Shown: positions 49,846-61,531, numbered from the stretch's first letter. The stretch is 64,000 nt of DNA from an uncultured Acidobacteriota bacterium (GCA_963827655.1 CAWHCF010000044.1:64001-128000), one strand, 5' to 3'. Program-made: numbers and translations. Notes: generated by a model from the sequence alone, not told the origin.

Positions 49846-51054
49846 GTGCTCACGGTGGTCTCAAAGAGTTTCGCTCCTCAGGTGTCAGGGACGTCTATTC
49901 TGTTGGCGAACCTTCTGTCGGGCTATCCAGGCACGCTGAGCGCAGTTGCTGGATCTAACCTGTATGGCAAATCCGATCCTTCGTTCCTGCCCCCCTGTCC
50001 AACGAAGTATCTTGCTTTGCCCCGGATTCTAGCCGGCGTGTACGATCGCCTGAGAATAAAATCTCCAGCGACAACCTGCCGCGCCCTTCGACCATCCGTT
50101 CGAAGAGTGTTGAGAAAACTTGGCACAAGCGTCGTTTTCGGCGCGTACCCCTGCGATGACTACTTTGTGGCGACCTTTCTTGCCGCGCGCGATCTGGGCC
50201 TCCCTTTTTACGCCCATATGCACGATCTCTGGATAGAGAACCTGACTCCCGGCTCGCCTCTAGCTCGCTTCGCCGAAAAATGGGAGCCCATCATAATCCG
50301 AGAGGCCCGGCGGGTGCTGTGCATGACCGAAGCCATGCAGAAGTACTACGAAAACAAGTACGGGATACGAACAGATCTGCTGCCTCACACTATTCGAGAA
50401 CAGGACTATTTGAACGTCACTCCGAATGCGCCGCCGGCAATGCCCGCACCGACAGTCCTGTTTGTCGGGGCGGTGAGCCCGCCGATGAACCTCGACGCGC
50501 TCAAGGTGCTGGCCGCCGCATCCGAGCTCCTGCCTTCGGGGTACGAACTGCTGTTTTGCACATCCATGGACCTTCAAGCTCTGAAACAACAAGGTATCCA
50601 ATCGAGTCGTTTGCGGGCCCAGTATGTCTCTCGAGCGGAGGTGCAACGTCTTCAGTCCGGAGCCCATGTTCTGATTGCGCCTCTGTCCCACAAGAATGGT
50701 TCCATCGAGGAAGTTCGCACCGTTTTCTCCACCAAACTGTGCGAGTACCTGGTTTCGGGACGTCCCATTATTGTGTTTGCGCCGGAGGATTCGTACCACG
50801 CCGAATCCGCAAGAAAGAATGGCTGGGCTTACGTCGTCACGGAAGATTCACCTGCCGCGCTTGCGGAAGCCATCGTGAAAGTAGTGACGAAGGAAGACCT
50901 GGCCGCCGGCCTGGTTCGCGGAGCACTGCAAGAGGCTTACTCCAGGAGCGCAAGGCGGCATGCGGAGCGCCTGCATGAATGGGTTCTTGAAGACACTCGC
51001 ACTGCATGGTCACTCGAAGGCCAGCGGTCGGGGAAACAATTGGTTGCTTCCTGA
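49846..51054 (+). CDS. GT4-like glycosyltransferase
   Basis: HMHDLW, LFVGAV, FSTKLCEYLVSGRPII. Confidence 0.78.
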   Translation: MLTVVSKSFAPQVSGTSILLANLLSGYPGTLSAVAGSNLYGKSDPSFLPPCPTKYLALPRILAGVYDRLRIKSPATTCRALRPSVRRVLRKLGTSVVFGAYPCDDYFVATFLAARDLGLPFYAHMHDLWIENLTPGSPLARFAEKWEPIIIREARRVLCMTEAMQKYYENKYGIRTDLLPHTIREQDYLNVTPNAPPAMPAPTVLFVGAVSPPMNLDALKVLAAASELLPSGYELLFCTSMDLQALKQQGIQSSRLRAQYVSRAEVQRLQSGAHVLIAPLSHKNGSIEEVRTVFSTKLCEYLVSGRPIIVFAPEDSYHAESARKNGWAYVVTEDSPAALAEAIVKVVTKEDLAAGLVRGALQEAYSRSARRHAERLHEWVLEDTRTAWSLEGQRSGKQLVAS

Positions 51055-51089
51055 AGTGGCAGGAAGTTTCCGGCACCGAGCAAGGCCAC

Positions 51090-52506
51090 ATGATACGCCC
51101 ACAGAATAGATTCGCCGCCCCCAGGAACATGGCAGGAAGAGCCTGGTGGATTGCACCAACCAGAACGGCTTCAATTATCGGAAGTCCGGTGAGGATCGTT
51201 TCTGAAAAGAGCATTCCCACCAGCGTGCGCTGGCTTTTGCTGCTGTTCGTTTTCTCGATGCCGTTCGAGATGTATCCCTCGAGATTCACATCAGGCTCGC
51301 TCTCCCTGGCGAAAATTGCCGGCGCCTTGTTTATCGCCGTTTACCTTACCCACTACAACCCCTTCTCTCGGACTCGATCCCTCCCCCGTTTTCTCGGGCC
51401 ATGTGGTGGTTCGCCGGATATCTCGCCGTTTTCGCACTGAACGGCTTCTTTCTCGCGCCGGGATTGTTTGACAGTCTTTCTTTCGCGTTTTCTCACAATG
51501 GTGCAGCTGGTGGTCTTCTTCTGGATCGCTTCCGATCTGCTGAGAGACGAAGGCCTGGCAAGAAAAGCCTTTCAAACTTATGCGCTAGCCACATCTGCCG
51601 TGGCGCTCGGAATGCTTGTTGGTCTTACCGGATTATCCGTGACATACAAGACCAACGTCGGAGCAAGAATGTCATCGATGGGGTTCAACCCGAATACCCT
51701 GTCGGTCATAATAGTTCTGGCTGTGCTTGATACTGATGGGTTTGTACCTCATCTCGCCTCCGCTGCGATTACAGGAAGGTCTGGCTCGTGGCCTTGGCCC
51801 TGCCTCTACTTCCGGCTCTTGTAAGCACCGGGCTCCCGCAACGGAATCGTGATTTTCGTCTTAGGATTCCTGGTCTATCTGCTGCCCTCACGCCGCTATA
51901 GAGGCAAGCCGACGGTGCCGATCCTGGCCATGCTGGCGATAGCCGCCATCGTCTACTTCATTTCCCAGAATTCGACGACATTAACCCGCTTCCAGCAGAC
52001 TTACGAAAGAGGGGACTTCTCGGGACGGCTGGGTATTTACACCGAAGCAATCGAAATGATCTCCGAGCAACCCCTTTTCGGTTGGCGGCCCGTGGAGTTC
52101 TGGTATGAGTTTGGAAGACGTGTGTACGGGTTTTGGCGGATAAGGGATGCTCACAACACCTTATCTGCATCTGTTGCTGGAAGTCGGCTTCGCCGGGGCT
52201 ATTCCTTTCATGATTGGACTCTGGTTCTGCGCCCGCGCAGCGTGGAGAGGGCGCAACGGCACTTTTGGCCTTCTTCCTCTCGCGCTGGTGCTGGCGGTGC
52301 TCGCTGGCAGCATGTCAGGCACAGATATCGCGCGCAAGCATCTATGGTTTGTCCTGGCAATTGCGGTGGCTACTGAACCCGTCGTTGCCAGGCGCCGGGC
52401 AACCGAGTGGAGTCCCGCTAAAGCCCCGGCCTTGCGGACATACCCGGCGGGCACACTCCCGCAACACCCTCCCCATGTGCGGGATCGCGGGAAGCGTACA
52501 TTTTGA
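51090..52506 (+). CDS. O-antigen ligase/Wzy polymerase family membrane protein, several frameshifts
   Basis: Hydrophobic pieces in ORFs 51006, 51468, 51849 and 52147; NPN, TGSR, GRL.IY..AIEMI..PLFGW, AHN, YLHLLLEVG. Confidence 0.78.
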
Positions 52507-52655
52507 CCAGGAGTTTGCTCACGATTCAGAGTCGGCCGAACCGGCTTCTTACGAGCGGCAGCAAGCTGCCGCAACACAAGTGACGCAACGCAACGGCTTG
52601 CGACACTCCAAAGCGGGCTCGCTTGCGCAGTGCTGTAGCAGCATCGTAGAGCCAA

Positions 52656-54133
52656 TTGCAACTGCTTCAAGAGATGATTTACGACTGGAAAATGGAGCTC
52701 TACTGGCGCCTGCCGGTTTACCTGCAGGAGGCAGGAATGAGCCTTTATGCAGGCCGCCTCGAGCGGCTCTACTACGGCCCCGGATTCGAAGAGTGGCGCC
52801 GGCAGTGCCAGAAGTGGCAGAACTGGTCCCGCACGGACGCGGAAACCTGGCAGAGCGACCAACTTCGTTCGGTCGTGGCACTCGCTGCGACTCGCGTCCC
52901 CTACTACCGCGAACAATGGAAGAACCTGGATTACAAATCGGTACGGTCGGCAGCCGACCTCCGCATCTTGCCGCGTTTGGACAAACAGTCGATACGTCTG
53001 AACGAGCAGGCATTCCTGGTCGAGGGACTGAATCCAAAATCGCTCTGGATGGAGAAGACCAGCGGCACCACCGGGACTTCTCTGCGAATTTACTGGCCTA
53101 TGTCCATGCTGCCAAAGTTCTGGGCCGTGATGGAAGTGATGGTCCGAAATATCGCCGGCGTAGGACAGGATATTCCACGCGCCGTAATGGGGGGCCGGCC
53201 CATTGTTCGAGGCAGCGCCGGGCAACCCCCTTTCTGGCGCTTCAACCGCCGATGGCGGCAACTGTACCTGTCGAGCTATCACGTGTCTCCGGACACCGCC
53301 CAGGGCTACATCGGGGCCCTTCACCAATACGGTTCCCAATGGATGACCGGGTACGGCTCGGCCATTGCCGCCCTCGACAGAAAGCGCTCTGGGTGCGGCC
53401 ATTCAACCTTTTCGACTTGGTAACGTGATTGTGAGCGGTGACACGCTTCTTCCCGGGATGCGCCTCAGCATCGAACGCTTCTTTCAGTCGAAGTGTTTCG
53501 ACCACTATGGGCAGTGCGAGGGAGTCGCCATGGCTATGGAGTGTCCCAACGGCCAAATGCATGTCATTCCTGCCATCGGCATCCTGGAGATTTTGCGAGA
53601 GGATGGCACGCCCTGTGTTGCCGGCGAGACCGGCGAAATGGTCGCCACCGGTCTTCTGAACGACGCGATGCCTCTGATTCGCTACCGGCTGGGAGATTAT
53701 GCCGCCTGGGCCGAGACTCAGAACTGCGAGTGCGGCAATCCCCAACCCATCATCACGAATCTGGAAGGACGAGTGGATGATTATCTCGTCGCGCGCGATG
53801 GACGGAAAATCGGACGGCTGTCGACGGCGGTGAAACGAAGTCCCACGATCCATTCGGCCCAGATCGTGCAGGACGAACCAGGGCATGCGTTCCTGCTGGT
53901 GCGCCCGGGAGAAGGCTATCGGTCCGCAGATGCCGTTGCCGTTCGTGATGACATTCAGGAAAGGATTGGCGCGTTCTCCATCGAGATCGTGGAAGTTTCT
54001 GAAATTCCCAAGACGCGCCAGGGTAAGACTTCTCTGGTCGTGCGTCTTGCAGATCGGCCGGGAACACGGGAAATCTACGAGCCAAGTGCTCAACCGCGCG
54101 ACGAGCGACGCCGGATGGTCCACGCCGTGCTAA
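52656..54133 (+). CDS. Phenylacetate-CoA ligase-like (CapK-type) adenylate-forming enzyme, frameshifted (~53380, ~54080)
   Basis: VPYYR, LPRLDK, TSGTTGT, YGQCE, TGLLNDAMPLIRYRLGD, EGRVDD. Confidence 0.85.
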
Positions 54134-55299
54134 CGACCAACCCGTCATCCCGTACAGCTGAGGCCCCGTCAAAGCGTCGATACCGTGTTCTGGTCTTTTC
54201 GGTAATTGCGCTGGTCTTCGGTACTTCGGTTTCCCTGCTCCTGGCAGAGTTTGCGGTTCGCCTTTTCAATCCTCAAACACTGACGTCGGACGTTGTCGAG
54301 TGGGATCCCGACGTCGACTACCGCTTGCGGCCGAACGCGCGGGGGCGGATGGTCTCGCCGGAATTCTCGGCAGAAATCCGCGTGAATTCTCTGGGATTTC
54401 GGGGTCCGGAAATCTCTCCGGTGAAGAAACCGGGGGTTCGCAGGGTTCTGTTCCTGGGCGATTCCTTCATGTTCGGGGCCGGACTCAAGGAGCACGAAAC
54501 GCTACCCTATGCGGTCAGCCGCGAGTTGGAGCGGAGACACGCCGGCGATTTTGAGGCCATCAATGGCGGGCGTATACGGCTACCAAACCGCCAATGAGTT
54601 AGAATTCTTCACGAAGTTCGGAGTTCCACTCCACCCCGATATTGTCGTGATTCTGGTCATGACCCACGACATGGTTCAGAACACAGACTGGTATGAGTGG
54701 ACCGGCGACGGGCAGCTGAAGAGAAGACCCTTTACCAGCCAATACACGCAAAGCCGGGCTATAACGCGTTATTTGCCCGGGGCTTCCTGGCTCCGAGAAC
54801 ATAGCCACCTGTTCAAATTCGTCGGCACGAGGGTTCTCCCAACAGTCACTGCGGGCGAAAACCCTAAATCGGAACTCGCCGGTGGTTCCCCGCGAGCCAA
54901 GCCCGCAACCGGTCAAACACGACCAATTCTCGCCTGAGTTCTACCAGGAGGAGAGCGGGGCTTTTCGGGTTACCACCGAGTTGCTGGCCAGGCTTGTCGA
55001 CGTCTGCAAGGAGAACGGCGCCAAGTGCATTCTCTTGACACTTGGGGGGACAGCGGACGAAAACATGGCGGGAGGGCTTTCGCCCAGGGAAATGCTGCCG
55101 CACGAGCAGCTGATTGCAGCCGGATTCAAAGTGGGCTTTTCGGACGCCCTGGCCCTGCCTACGATTCTCGCCGGTTACAGGGGAAATGAAAATCTGTTCT
55201 TCCCGAAGGATCTCCATTGGACGGCGCACAGCGACGAGTTTCGTCGCTCCCGCGGTTGCGGACGCAATCCTCCGGGTCTCCGGTCAGGATCATCCATGA
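54115..55299 (+). CDS. Membrane-anchored SGNH/GDSL protein, frameshifted
   Basis: TM anchor, NSLGFRG, LFLGDSFMFG, GVYGY, FPKDLHWT across ORFs 53365, 54509, 54882 and 55114. Confidence 0.78.
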
Positions 55300-56345
55300 A
55301 CAGCGGTGCCTGTTGTTTCGATTGTTATCCCATGCCGGAACGAGGCGGAGCATATCGGAACCTGTGTACGATCGCTCCTGGCGCAGGACTTCCCTGCCGC
55401 GCAGCTCGAGGTGATCGTCGCCGACGGCATGTCCGAGGATGGAACGCGCGACGTGGTAGGACGGCTCTCGCAGGAAGACGCGCGCGTCACGATGGTCGAA
55501 AACCAGGGCCGCATCGTCTCAACCGGCTTGAATGCCGCTATTGGCGCAGCTCGCGGCCGGATCGTTATCCGCGCGGATGCGCATACCGAGTATGCTGCCT
55601 GACTATGTGAGCCAGTGCGTGGCTGTCCTCCGGGAGACCGGCGCCGACAACGTAGGCGGACCCTGGGTGGCTAAAGGGAAGGGTCTGATGGGTCGGGCGA
55701 TTGCAGCCGCATTTCAGTCGAGCTTTGCCGTGGGCGGAGCTCGCGGGCACGACGCCAATTATGAAGGAAGCCTCGACACGGTCTATCTCGGATGCTGGCC
55801 TCGCGAGGTCTTCGACCGGATCGGTCTCTTTGACGAAGAACTGGTCCGCAACCAGGACGATGAATTCAACCTGCGTCTGGCCAGGGCCGGGGGCAAGATC
55901 TGGCAATCACCCCGCATAAGGAGCTGGTACACCCCGCGCGGGTCGCTGGCAGAGCTGTTCCGCCAGCAGATGCAGTATGGATACTGGAAAGTCCGGGTCA
56001 TCCAGAAGCACCGGATGCCCGCCTCAATCCGGCACCTGATTCCGGCGTTGTTTGTGATGTCGGTGTTCCTGCTTCCAGTCTTATTCCCCTGGTCGGCTCT
56101 TGCGGGTTGGACCTGGCTTGCATTGGCAGGAACTTATTCCGATTTCTAACATTGCAGCTTCAACGATGGCGGCTGCGCGGCATGGGTGGGACCTCCTTCC
56201 TCTCCTTCCTCCCGTGTTCGCCTGCTACCATTTCGGCTATGGCTGGGGCTTCCTGCGGGGAATCTGGGATTTCGCGATTGTTCGGCGCGGACCCGGGTTC
56301 AGCCAGACCAAACTGACGCGTCGACTGCACACGTCCCGCGGGTGA
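55296..56345 (+). CDS. GT2 glycosyltransferase (ExoA-like), frameshifted
   Basis: VSIVIPCRNE, DGMSEDGT, RADAH, FDEELVRNQDDEFNLRL, YGYWK. Confidence 0.82.
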
Positions 56346-56355
56346 TTCGCAAAAG

Positions 56356-57266
56356 ATGGAAACTACACCAATGAAAGTCCAGGAAACCGAGCTGAGAGTG
56401 CCGGGGCTGGAAGCAGCTGCCGCCCGGCACGCAAGCCGGACCCGATATTCCGCCCATCCGCATCGAAGCGCGCCAAGGTTGGGTATCGCTCAAGCTGCGT
56501 GAGGTCTGGGAGTATCGCGAGCTGTTGTTTTTCCTCACCTGGCGAAACATCCAGGTACGATACAAGCAAACGGCGCTGGGCGTGACCTGGGCCATCATCC
56601 AGCCTCTCTTCACGATGGCGGTGTTCAGCCTGTTTTTCGGCCGGCTGGCCAAGGTCCCGTCCGATGGCATTCCTTATCCGATCTTTGCCTTCGCCGCCCT
56701 GGTGCCGTGGACGTTCTTTTCCAACGGATTGAGCCAGTCCTCCAACAGCCTGGTGGGCAACTCCAATCTGATAAAGAAGGTGTACTTTCCTCGCCTCACT
56801 ATCCCGGTATCCACGGTGCTCTCAGGGGTGGTGGATTTCATGCTGGCATTCGTCATGGTGCTGGGGATGATGTTCTACTACCGCATCGTACCCACGGCCA
56901 ATGTGCTCTGGATTCCACTGTTGCTGCTGCTCGCGCTGGTGACCTCCCTCGGTGTCGGGCTATGGCTGTCGGCGCTGAACGTGCAGTACCGCGACGTCCA
57001 GCACGCCGTCCCCTTCCTGACCCAGTTCTGGATGTTCAGCACGCCTATCGCTTACCCCAGCAGCCTGCTGTCCGAACCCTGGCGCACTATATACGCGACT
57101 GAATCCGATGGTCGGCGTGGTGGAAGGCTTCCGGTGGGCGCTCCTGGGAACCCAACCCGCTCCCGGAGCGATCCTTGTCGCCTCGTCCCTGGTGGCGGTG
57201 CTGGTCCTCGTCGGCGGCGCGTTTTATTTCCGCCGCATGGAAAAGACCTTTGCGGACGTTATTTGA
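56356..57266 (+). CDS. wzm: ABC-2 polysaccharide permease, frameshifted (~56430, ~57095)
   Basis: WEYRELL, VRYKQTALG..WAIIQPL, LIKKVYFPR, NVQYRD, NPM..VVEGFRWALLG, FRRMEKTFADVI*. Confidence 0.88.
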
Positions 57267-57302
57267 GTCTTCGCGCTCAACCATTTCAACGGATCAATAA
57301 TC

Positions 57303-58574
57303 ATGAGTGATGCTGTTATTCGCATGGAAGGACTGGGAAAGGTCTTCCGCATCGGCGCCCGGCACGAAGGTTACAAGACGCTGCGCGACACGCTGTCCAA
57401 TGCCTGCACTGCGCCTTTCCGCCGGATCCGCACGACGCTCCAGGGTTCGAGAATCAAGCCCTCCAGTGACGAAAACACGATCTGGGCCTTGAAAGACCTC
57501 TCGTGCGAGGTGAAGCGCGGGGAGGTGGTAGGAATCATCGGGCGCAATGGAGCGGGCAAGAGCACGTTGTTGAAAATCCTTTCTCGCATCACGGAGCCGA
57601 CCGTCGGATTTGCCGAGATTCGCGGCCGAGTGAGGTCGCTGCTCGAGGTCGGCACCGGCTTTCACCAGGAGCTGACCGGCCGGGAAAACGTCTACCTCAA
57701 TGGCGCGATCCTGGGCATGAAAAAGTCGGAGACCGACCGAAAATTCGACGAGATCGTGGCCTTCTCCGAGATAGAAAAGTTCATTGATACGCCCGTGAAG
57801 CATTACTCCAGCGGCATGTACCTGCGACTGGCTTTTGCCGTCGCCGCCCACCTGGAGCCGGAGATTCTGCTGGTGGACGAGGTCCTGGCCGTCGGCGATG
57901 CAGCGTTCCGGAACAAGTGCGTGGGGAAAATGGGAGAGGTGGCGCAGAAAGGGCGAACCGTGATCTTCGTGAGTCACAACATGGGGGTGATTCAGTCTCT
58001 TTGCAACACGGGAATCCTCCTGGAAGACGGTAAGATCACTTTTAAAGGACCGACCCAGCAGGCTGTAACGAAGTATCTCGGATCGGTCGAGCAACTGCGA
58101 ACCAAGCCGATCGAGACGCGGCAAGATCGCATTGGCGGCAATACCTTCAGGTTCAAACGCGTCCAGTTTCTCAATCCTGAAACCATGGCGCCCTGGAGGA
58201 CCCTGGTCTCGGGTCAACGCGTGATTGTCCGGCTCGAATATGAATGCTTATCCAGCCAGACCCTCGAAGATGTTGGGATCGGTATCGCATTTCATACCGC
58301 CAACAACATCCACCTCTTTGCCTGCAGGAACCGAGCCGTTGGAGTAACACTTAAGGTTCACCCGGGAGAGGGTTACACGGATTGCATCATTCCAAAGTGG
58401 CCGCTCAAAGCCGGGCGCTACTCCTACCATCTCTATGCCGACCGAAGGGATACGCCGCTGGATTACGTCACCGACGCGGGTTCTCTGGATATAGAAGCCA
58501 ACGACTACTATGGCACGGGGTATCTTCCGGCTCCGGGCCAACCCGGAGTTCTGATCGACTATGCCTGGGAATAA
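57303..58574 (+). CDS. wzt: ABC polysaccharide export ATPase with C-terminal Wzt_C domain
   Basis: GRNGAGKST, LEVGTGFH.ELTGREN, YSSGM..RLAFA, VDEVLAVGD, VSH; C-terminal extension. Confidence 0.93.
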   Translation: MSDAVIRMEGLGKVFRIGARHEGYKTLRDTLSNACTAPFRRIRTTLQGSRIKPSSDENTIWALKDLSCEVKRGEVVGIIGRNGAGKSTLLKILSRITEPTVGFAEIRGRVRSLLEVGTGFHQELTGRENVYLNGAILGMKKSETDRKFDEIVAFSEIEKFIDTPVKHYSSGMYLRLAFAVAAHLEPEILLVDEVLAVGDAAFRNKCVGKMGEVAQKGRTVIFVSHNMGVIQSLCNTGILLEDGKITFKGPTQQAVTKYLGSVEQLRTKPIETRQDRIGGNTFRFKRVQFLNPETMAPWRTLVSGQRVIVRLEYECLSSQTLEDVGIGIAFHTANNIHLFACRNRAVGVTLKVHPGEGYTDCIIPKWPLKAGRYSYHLYADRRDTPLDYVTDAGSLDIEANDYYGTGYLPAPGQPGVLIDYAWE

Positions 58575-58609
58575 ACACCCCCGGCCCGTTACTCAATGAG
58601 GCAATATCG

Positions 58610-59572
58610 ATGCAAGCAGGTTTGAGGAGAGGCGGTCTGAAAGTAGAAGAGCCGCTTGTCCTCCAAGAAAGAATCCAGGTGCGATCCAGCCAATTCAAGC
58701 AGGCGCGAAGCCTGGCGAAAGAGCTGCGGCCCCAGCAATGGGTCAAGAATCTCTTTGTGCTCGCTCCGCTGCTTTTCTCGCAGAACCTTTTTACGCCAGG
58801 CGCCGTCGGACGTGCTCTAACGGCCTTCGTGCTCTTTTGTCTCGCCAGCAGCTCGGTCTACTTGTTGAACGATATCAGAGACCGCGAACAGGACCGGCTG
58901 CACCCGAGAAAGCGACACCGCCCGCTTGCCAGCGGTGAACTGAGCGTGTCGCTTGCCGCAGGAGTAATGATAGCGCTCTTGCTGTCGGCTCTGGCAGGGG
59001 CGTGGATGATTAGCAAGCCGTTGGCTCTCGTGCTTTTGGGCTACTGGCTGATCAACCTCCTGTACTCCACCTGGCTCAAACACCAGGTTATTCTCGATGT
59101 CTTTGCCATTGCCTCCGGTTTCGTTCTCCGCGTGGCTGGTGGAGGCCTGGCCATTCAGGTGGAAATCAGTCATTGGTTGTTTCTCTGTACCACTCTGCTC
59201 GCCCTTTTCCTTGGCTTCAGCAAGCGGCGTCATGAACTCGGGCTTCTAAAAGCAGGGGCGCAGGCCCATCGAGAGGTGCTGGCGGACTACAATCCTGGCT
59301 TTCTCGATATGATGATCGCCATTGTGACCGCGTCCACGGTGATGAGCTACGCCCTTTACACGGTCAGCGAGGACACGGTGCGCCGCTTTCACACACACGC
59401 GCTCATGCTGACACTGCCCTTCGTGCTCTACGGCATTTTCCGTTACCTTTATCTGATCCATCATAAAAACGAGGGAGGCGATCCCACGCAAAGCTTGTTG
59501 ACGGACATCCCGATGCTCGCCAACCTTTGCCTGTGGGCGCTGACCGCGGGCGTAATTGTATACTGGCGCTGA
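58610..59572 (+). CDS. UbiA family decaprenyl-phosphate phosphoribosyltransferase (NoeC-like)
   Basis: RPQQWVKN, YLLND..D...DRLHPRKRHRPLASG, KRRHE, GIFRY, GGDP. Confidence 0.9.
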   Translation: MQAGLRRGGLKVEEPLVLQERIQVRSSQFKQARSLAKELRPQQWVKNLFVLAPLLFSQNLFTPGAVGRALTAFVLFCLASSSVYLLNDIRDREQDRLHPRKRHRPLASGELSVSLAAGVMIALLLSALAGAWMISKPLALVLLGYWLINLLYSTWLKHQVILDVFAIASGFVLRVAGGGLAIQVEISHWLFLCTTLLALFLGFSKRRHELGLLKAGAQAHREVLADYNPGFLDMMIAIVTASTVMSYALYTVSEDTVRRFHTHALMLTLPFVLYGIFRYLYLIHHKNEGGDPTQSLLTDIPMLANLCLWALTAGVIVYWR

Positions 59573-59611
59573 GCGTTACTCCCTTTATCGATCGCATTAC
59601 CAACATCTACT

Positions 59612-61531
59612 ATGAAGCTCGAACAAAAAAGAGTCCTGATTACCGCACTCCTGGCGCTCTCCATCGCCATCATTGGATACCTGGCTTACCGGGATATGCT
59701 GGGTTATTTCTTCACTGCCCAGGACAGCACCACGTTGATCGACACCGGCCGGGTCCGATCCTTTCGAGATGTGCTGCGTATATTCAATGAACCCTTGATG
59801 AACGGCACAACTCTCACGAAACTGTCGCTCTTTTATCGCCCCATCGCGACGCTCTCGTACAGTCTTGACTACTCCATCTGGGGATTAAACCCATTTGGCT
59901 ATCACTTGACCGATCTGATACTGCACATTCTGGTTTCTCTCTCTGTTTTCCTGGTCCTGCTCCGCTTGACCGAGGGCAAGCCGGCTGTCGCCTGGCTCGG
60001 CGCCGTCATCTTTACCGTTCACCCAATCCTGGTTGAAAGCGTCCCCGCAATTCCGCGCCGGCACGATACTATTGCAGTGCTATTCCTGCTCGTCTCTCTG
60101 TTACTTTTTATCAAGCACCTCTCCGGCCAAAAGCGCCGGCGAGTTTACCTGTTCGGCTCTCTCGTCTGTTATCTTCTGGCATTGGGCGCCAAGGAGATTG
60201 CGGTGATATTTCCCGCGCTGATTCTCGGCTATCTGGTTATCTTTTCGCCCAACCGAAAGTCAATCTTCGCCCGGATAGGTGGCGCGTTGAAATCGTCACT
60301 TCCCTTTCTGGTCGTCACACCGCTATTTCTCGGCTTTAGAGCTTATATCGTACGCGGAGTTGGAGGATATGATCCCACCCTGGTCCCATCGTCCGACAAG
60401 TTAAACTTCTTCACCGGTACGCTCACCGACTATGCGGCGGATCTGGTTTATCCGGTATCGTTCGCGGTAACCTTCTTTCAACCCTTTCCGACCTTACTGC
60501 AGAGAGTGGGCTCGCAAGTCGCGCTCCTTCTCTTCTTTGTTCTCCTTTGCCTTTACCGACGGGCGCTTTTCAAAATAATCGGTTACCCCAGACGGCAGGC
60601 GCTACGGACGGCAATGATAGGACTGGCAGGCGTTGCGGTTTTTTGCCTGATCGCAATCCTCGCCTACCCATCCCTCGCCCCTTTTGTCAACGGCGCGATC
60701 AAACGAGCTTACCAGGACCAAGGACCTGCCTTTCTGAGCGCTGCCATGACGAATCGTCATGAGGTTCCGGTCGAAGCTTACTTTTACCGGGCGGGAGAAT
60801 TACTCAGTTCCGGGTTTTCGAAGTTATTCTTTCTAGCCGCAATTTCCTTCGGCATCCTGATTGGCTTTGACAAGCGGGAAAAGATAAAGCGGTTTCTATC
60901 CGAATCTCATACCGGGATGACTTTGAGCTTCCTGGTGATCTGGCTGCTTGTTCCTCTCGGTGTCTACTTGCTAACGTTCACCTTCACTCATCGTTACATG
61001 TATCTTTCAGTGATCCCTTTCAGCGGTATTGTGGCAATCCTGATTTCCCAGTCCGTTGACTCGACCCGATCATTGATCAGAAGGGGCAACTCCAACGGTT
61101 TCTCGCTGTCGTTCGCGCTTACGGAGCCCCCCGCCTTCGCTTTCCTGATGCTCTCGACGGTGACCTTCTCGCTCCTGGCCTATTCGCCTCTGGTACGCAC
61201 GTACGGCGAGTGGAAGGACAGCGCAGCGATATCATCGACGATTCTGCACCGGTTGACTCAGGTTGTGGATGAACTTCCCAATGATGCCGTGGTTGAGGTG
61301 TTCAATCTTCCTGAGCGTATTGCTTCGTACGAGACCACGATTCCGCACGTCAAGACACCTTCATACCTGGCGGACTACAGCATCAAGTCCTGGTTAGACT
61401 TGCATCGTCCGGCTAACAGAATCACCGTTCTGGTCAGCAGTCGATCGAAGCCCGAGTCCTTTCCCCGGGGGCTAGACCTCGAAGTGAAAAAAGGGGGAAA
61501 CAAGAAGCGTAGAAGTCACTATCTCATTTGA
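59612..61531 (+). CDS. Polytopic GT-C-like (PMT/TMTC-type) glycosyltransferase
   Basis: FYRP, GYHLTDLILH, FTVHPILVESV, LGAKE, RYMYL; many TM segments. Confidence 0.7.
   Translation: MKLEQKRVLITALLALSIAIIGYLAYRDMLGYFFTAQDSTTLIDTGRVRSFRDVLRIFNEPLMNGTTLTKLSLFYRPIATLSYSLDYSIWGLNPFGYHLTDLILHILVSLSVFLVLLRLTEGKPAVAWLGAVIFTVHPILVESVPAIPRRHDTIAVLFLLVSLLLFIKHLSGQKRRRVYLFGSLVCYLLALGAKEIAVIFPALILGYLVIFSPNRKSIFARIGGALKSSLPFLVVTPLFLGFRAYIVRGVGGYDPTLVPSSDKLNFFTGTLTDYAADLVYPVSFAVTFFQPFPTLLQRVGSQVALLLFFVLLCLYRRALFKIIGYPRRQALRTAMIGLAGVAVFCLIAILAYPSLAPFVNGAIKRAYQDQGPAFLSAAMTNRHEVPVEAYFYRAGELLSSGFSKLFFLAAISFGILIGFDKREKIKRFLSESHTGMTLSFLVIWLLVPLGVYLLTFTFTHRYMYLSVIPFSGIVAILISQSVDSTRSLIRRGNSNGFSLSFALTEPPAFAFLMLSTVTFSLLAYSPLVRTYGEWKDSAAISSTILHRLTQVVDELPNDAVVEVFNLPERIASYETTIPHVKTPSYLADYSIKSWLDLHRPANRITVLVSSRSKPESFPRGLDLEVKKGGNKKRRSHYLI

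Noticed and set aside
52161-53428. Long alternative-frame and antisense ORFs (413 aa, 404 aa) and many similar ones window-wide
   Set aside because: Shadow ORFs of GC-rich coding regions with no motifs
53365-54597. CoA ligase-SGNH fusion
   Set aside because: Better explained by an indel near 54080; another frame gives a stop at 54133 and a separate TM-anchored SGNH start
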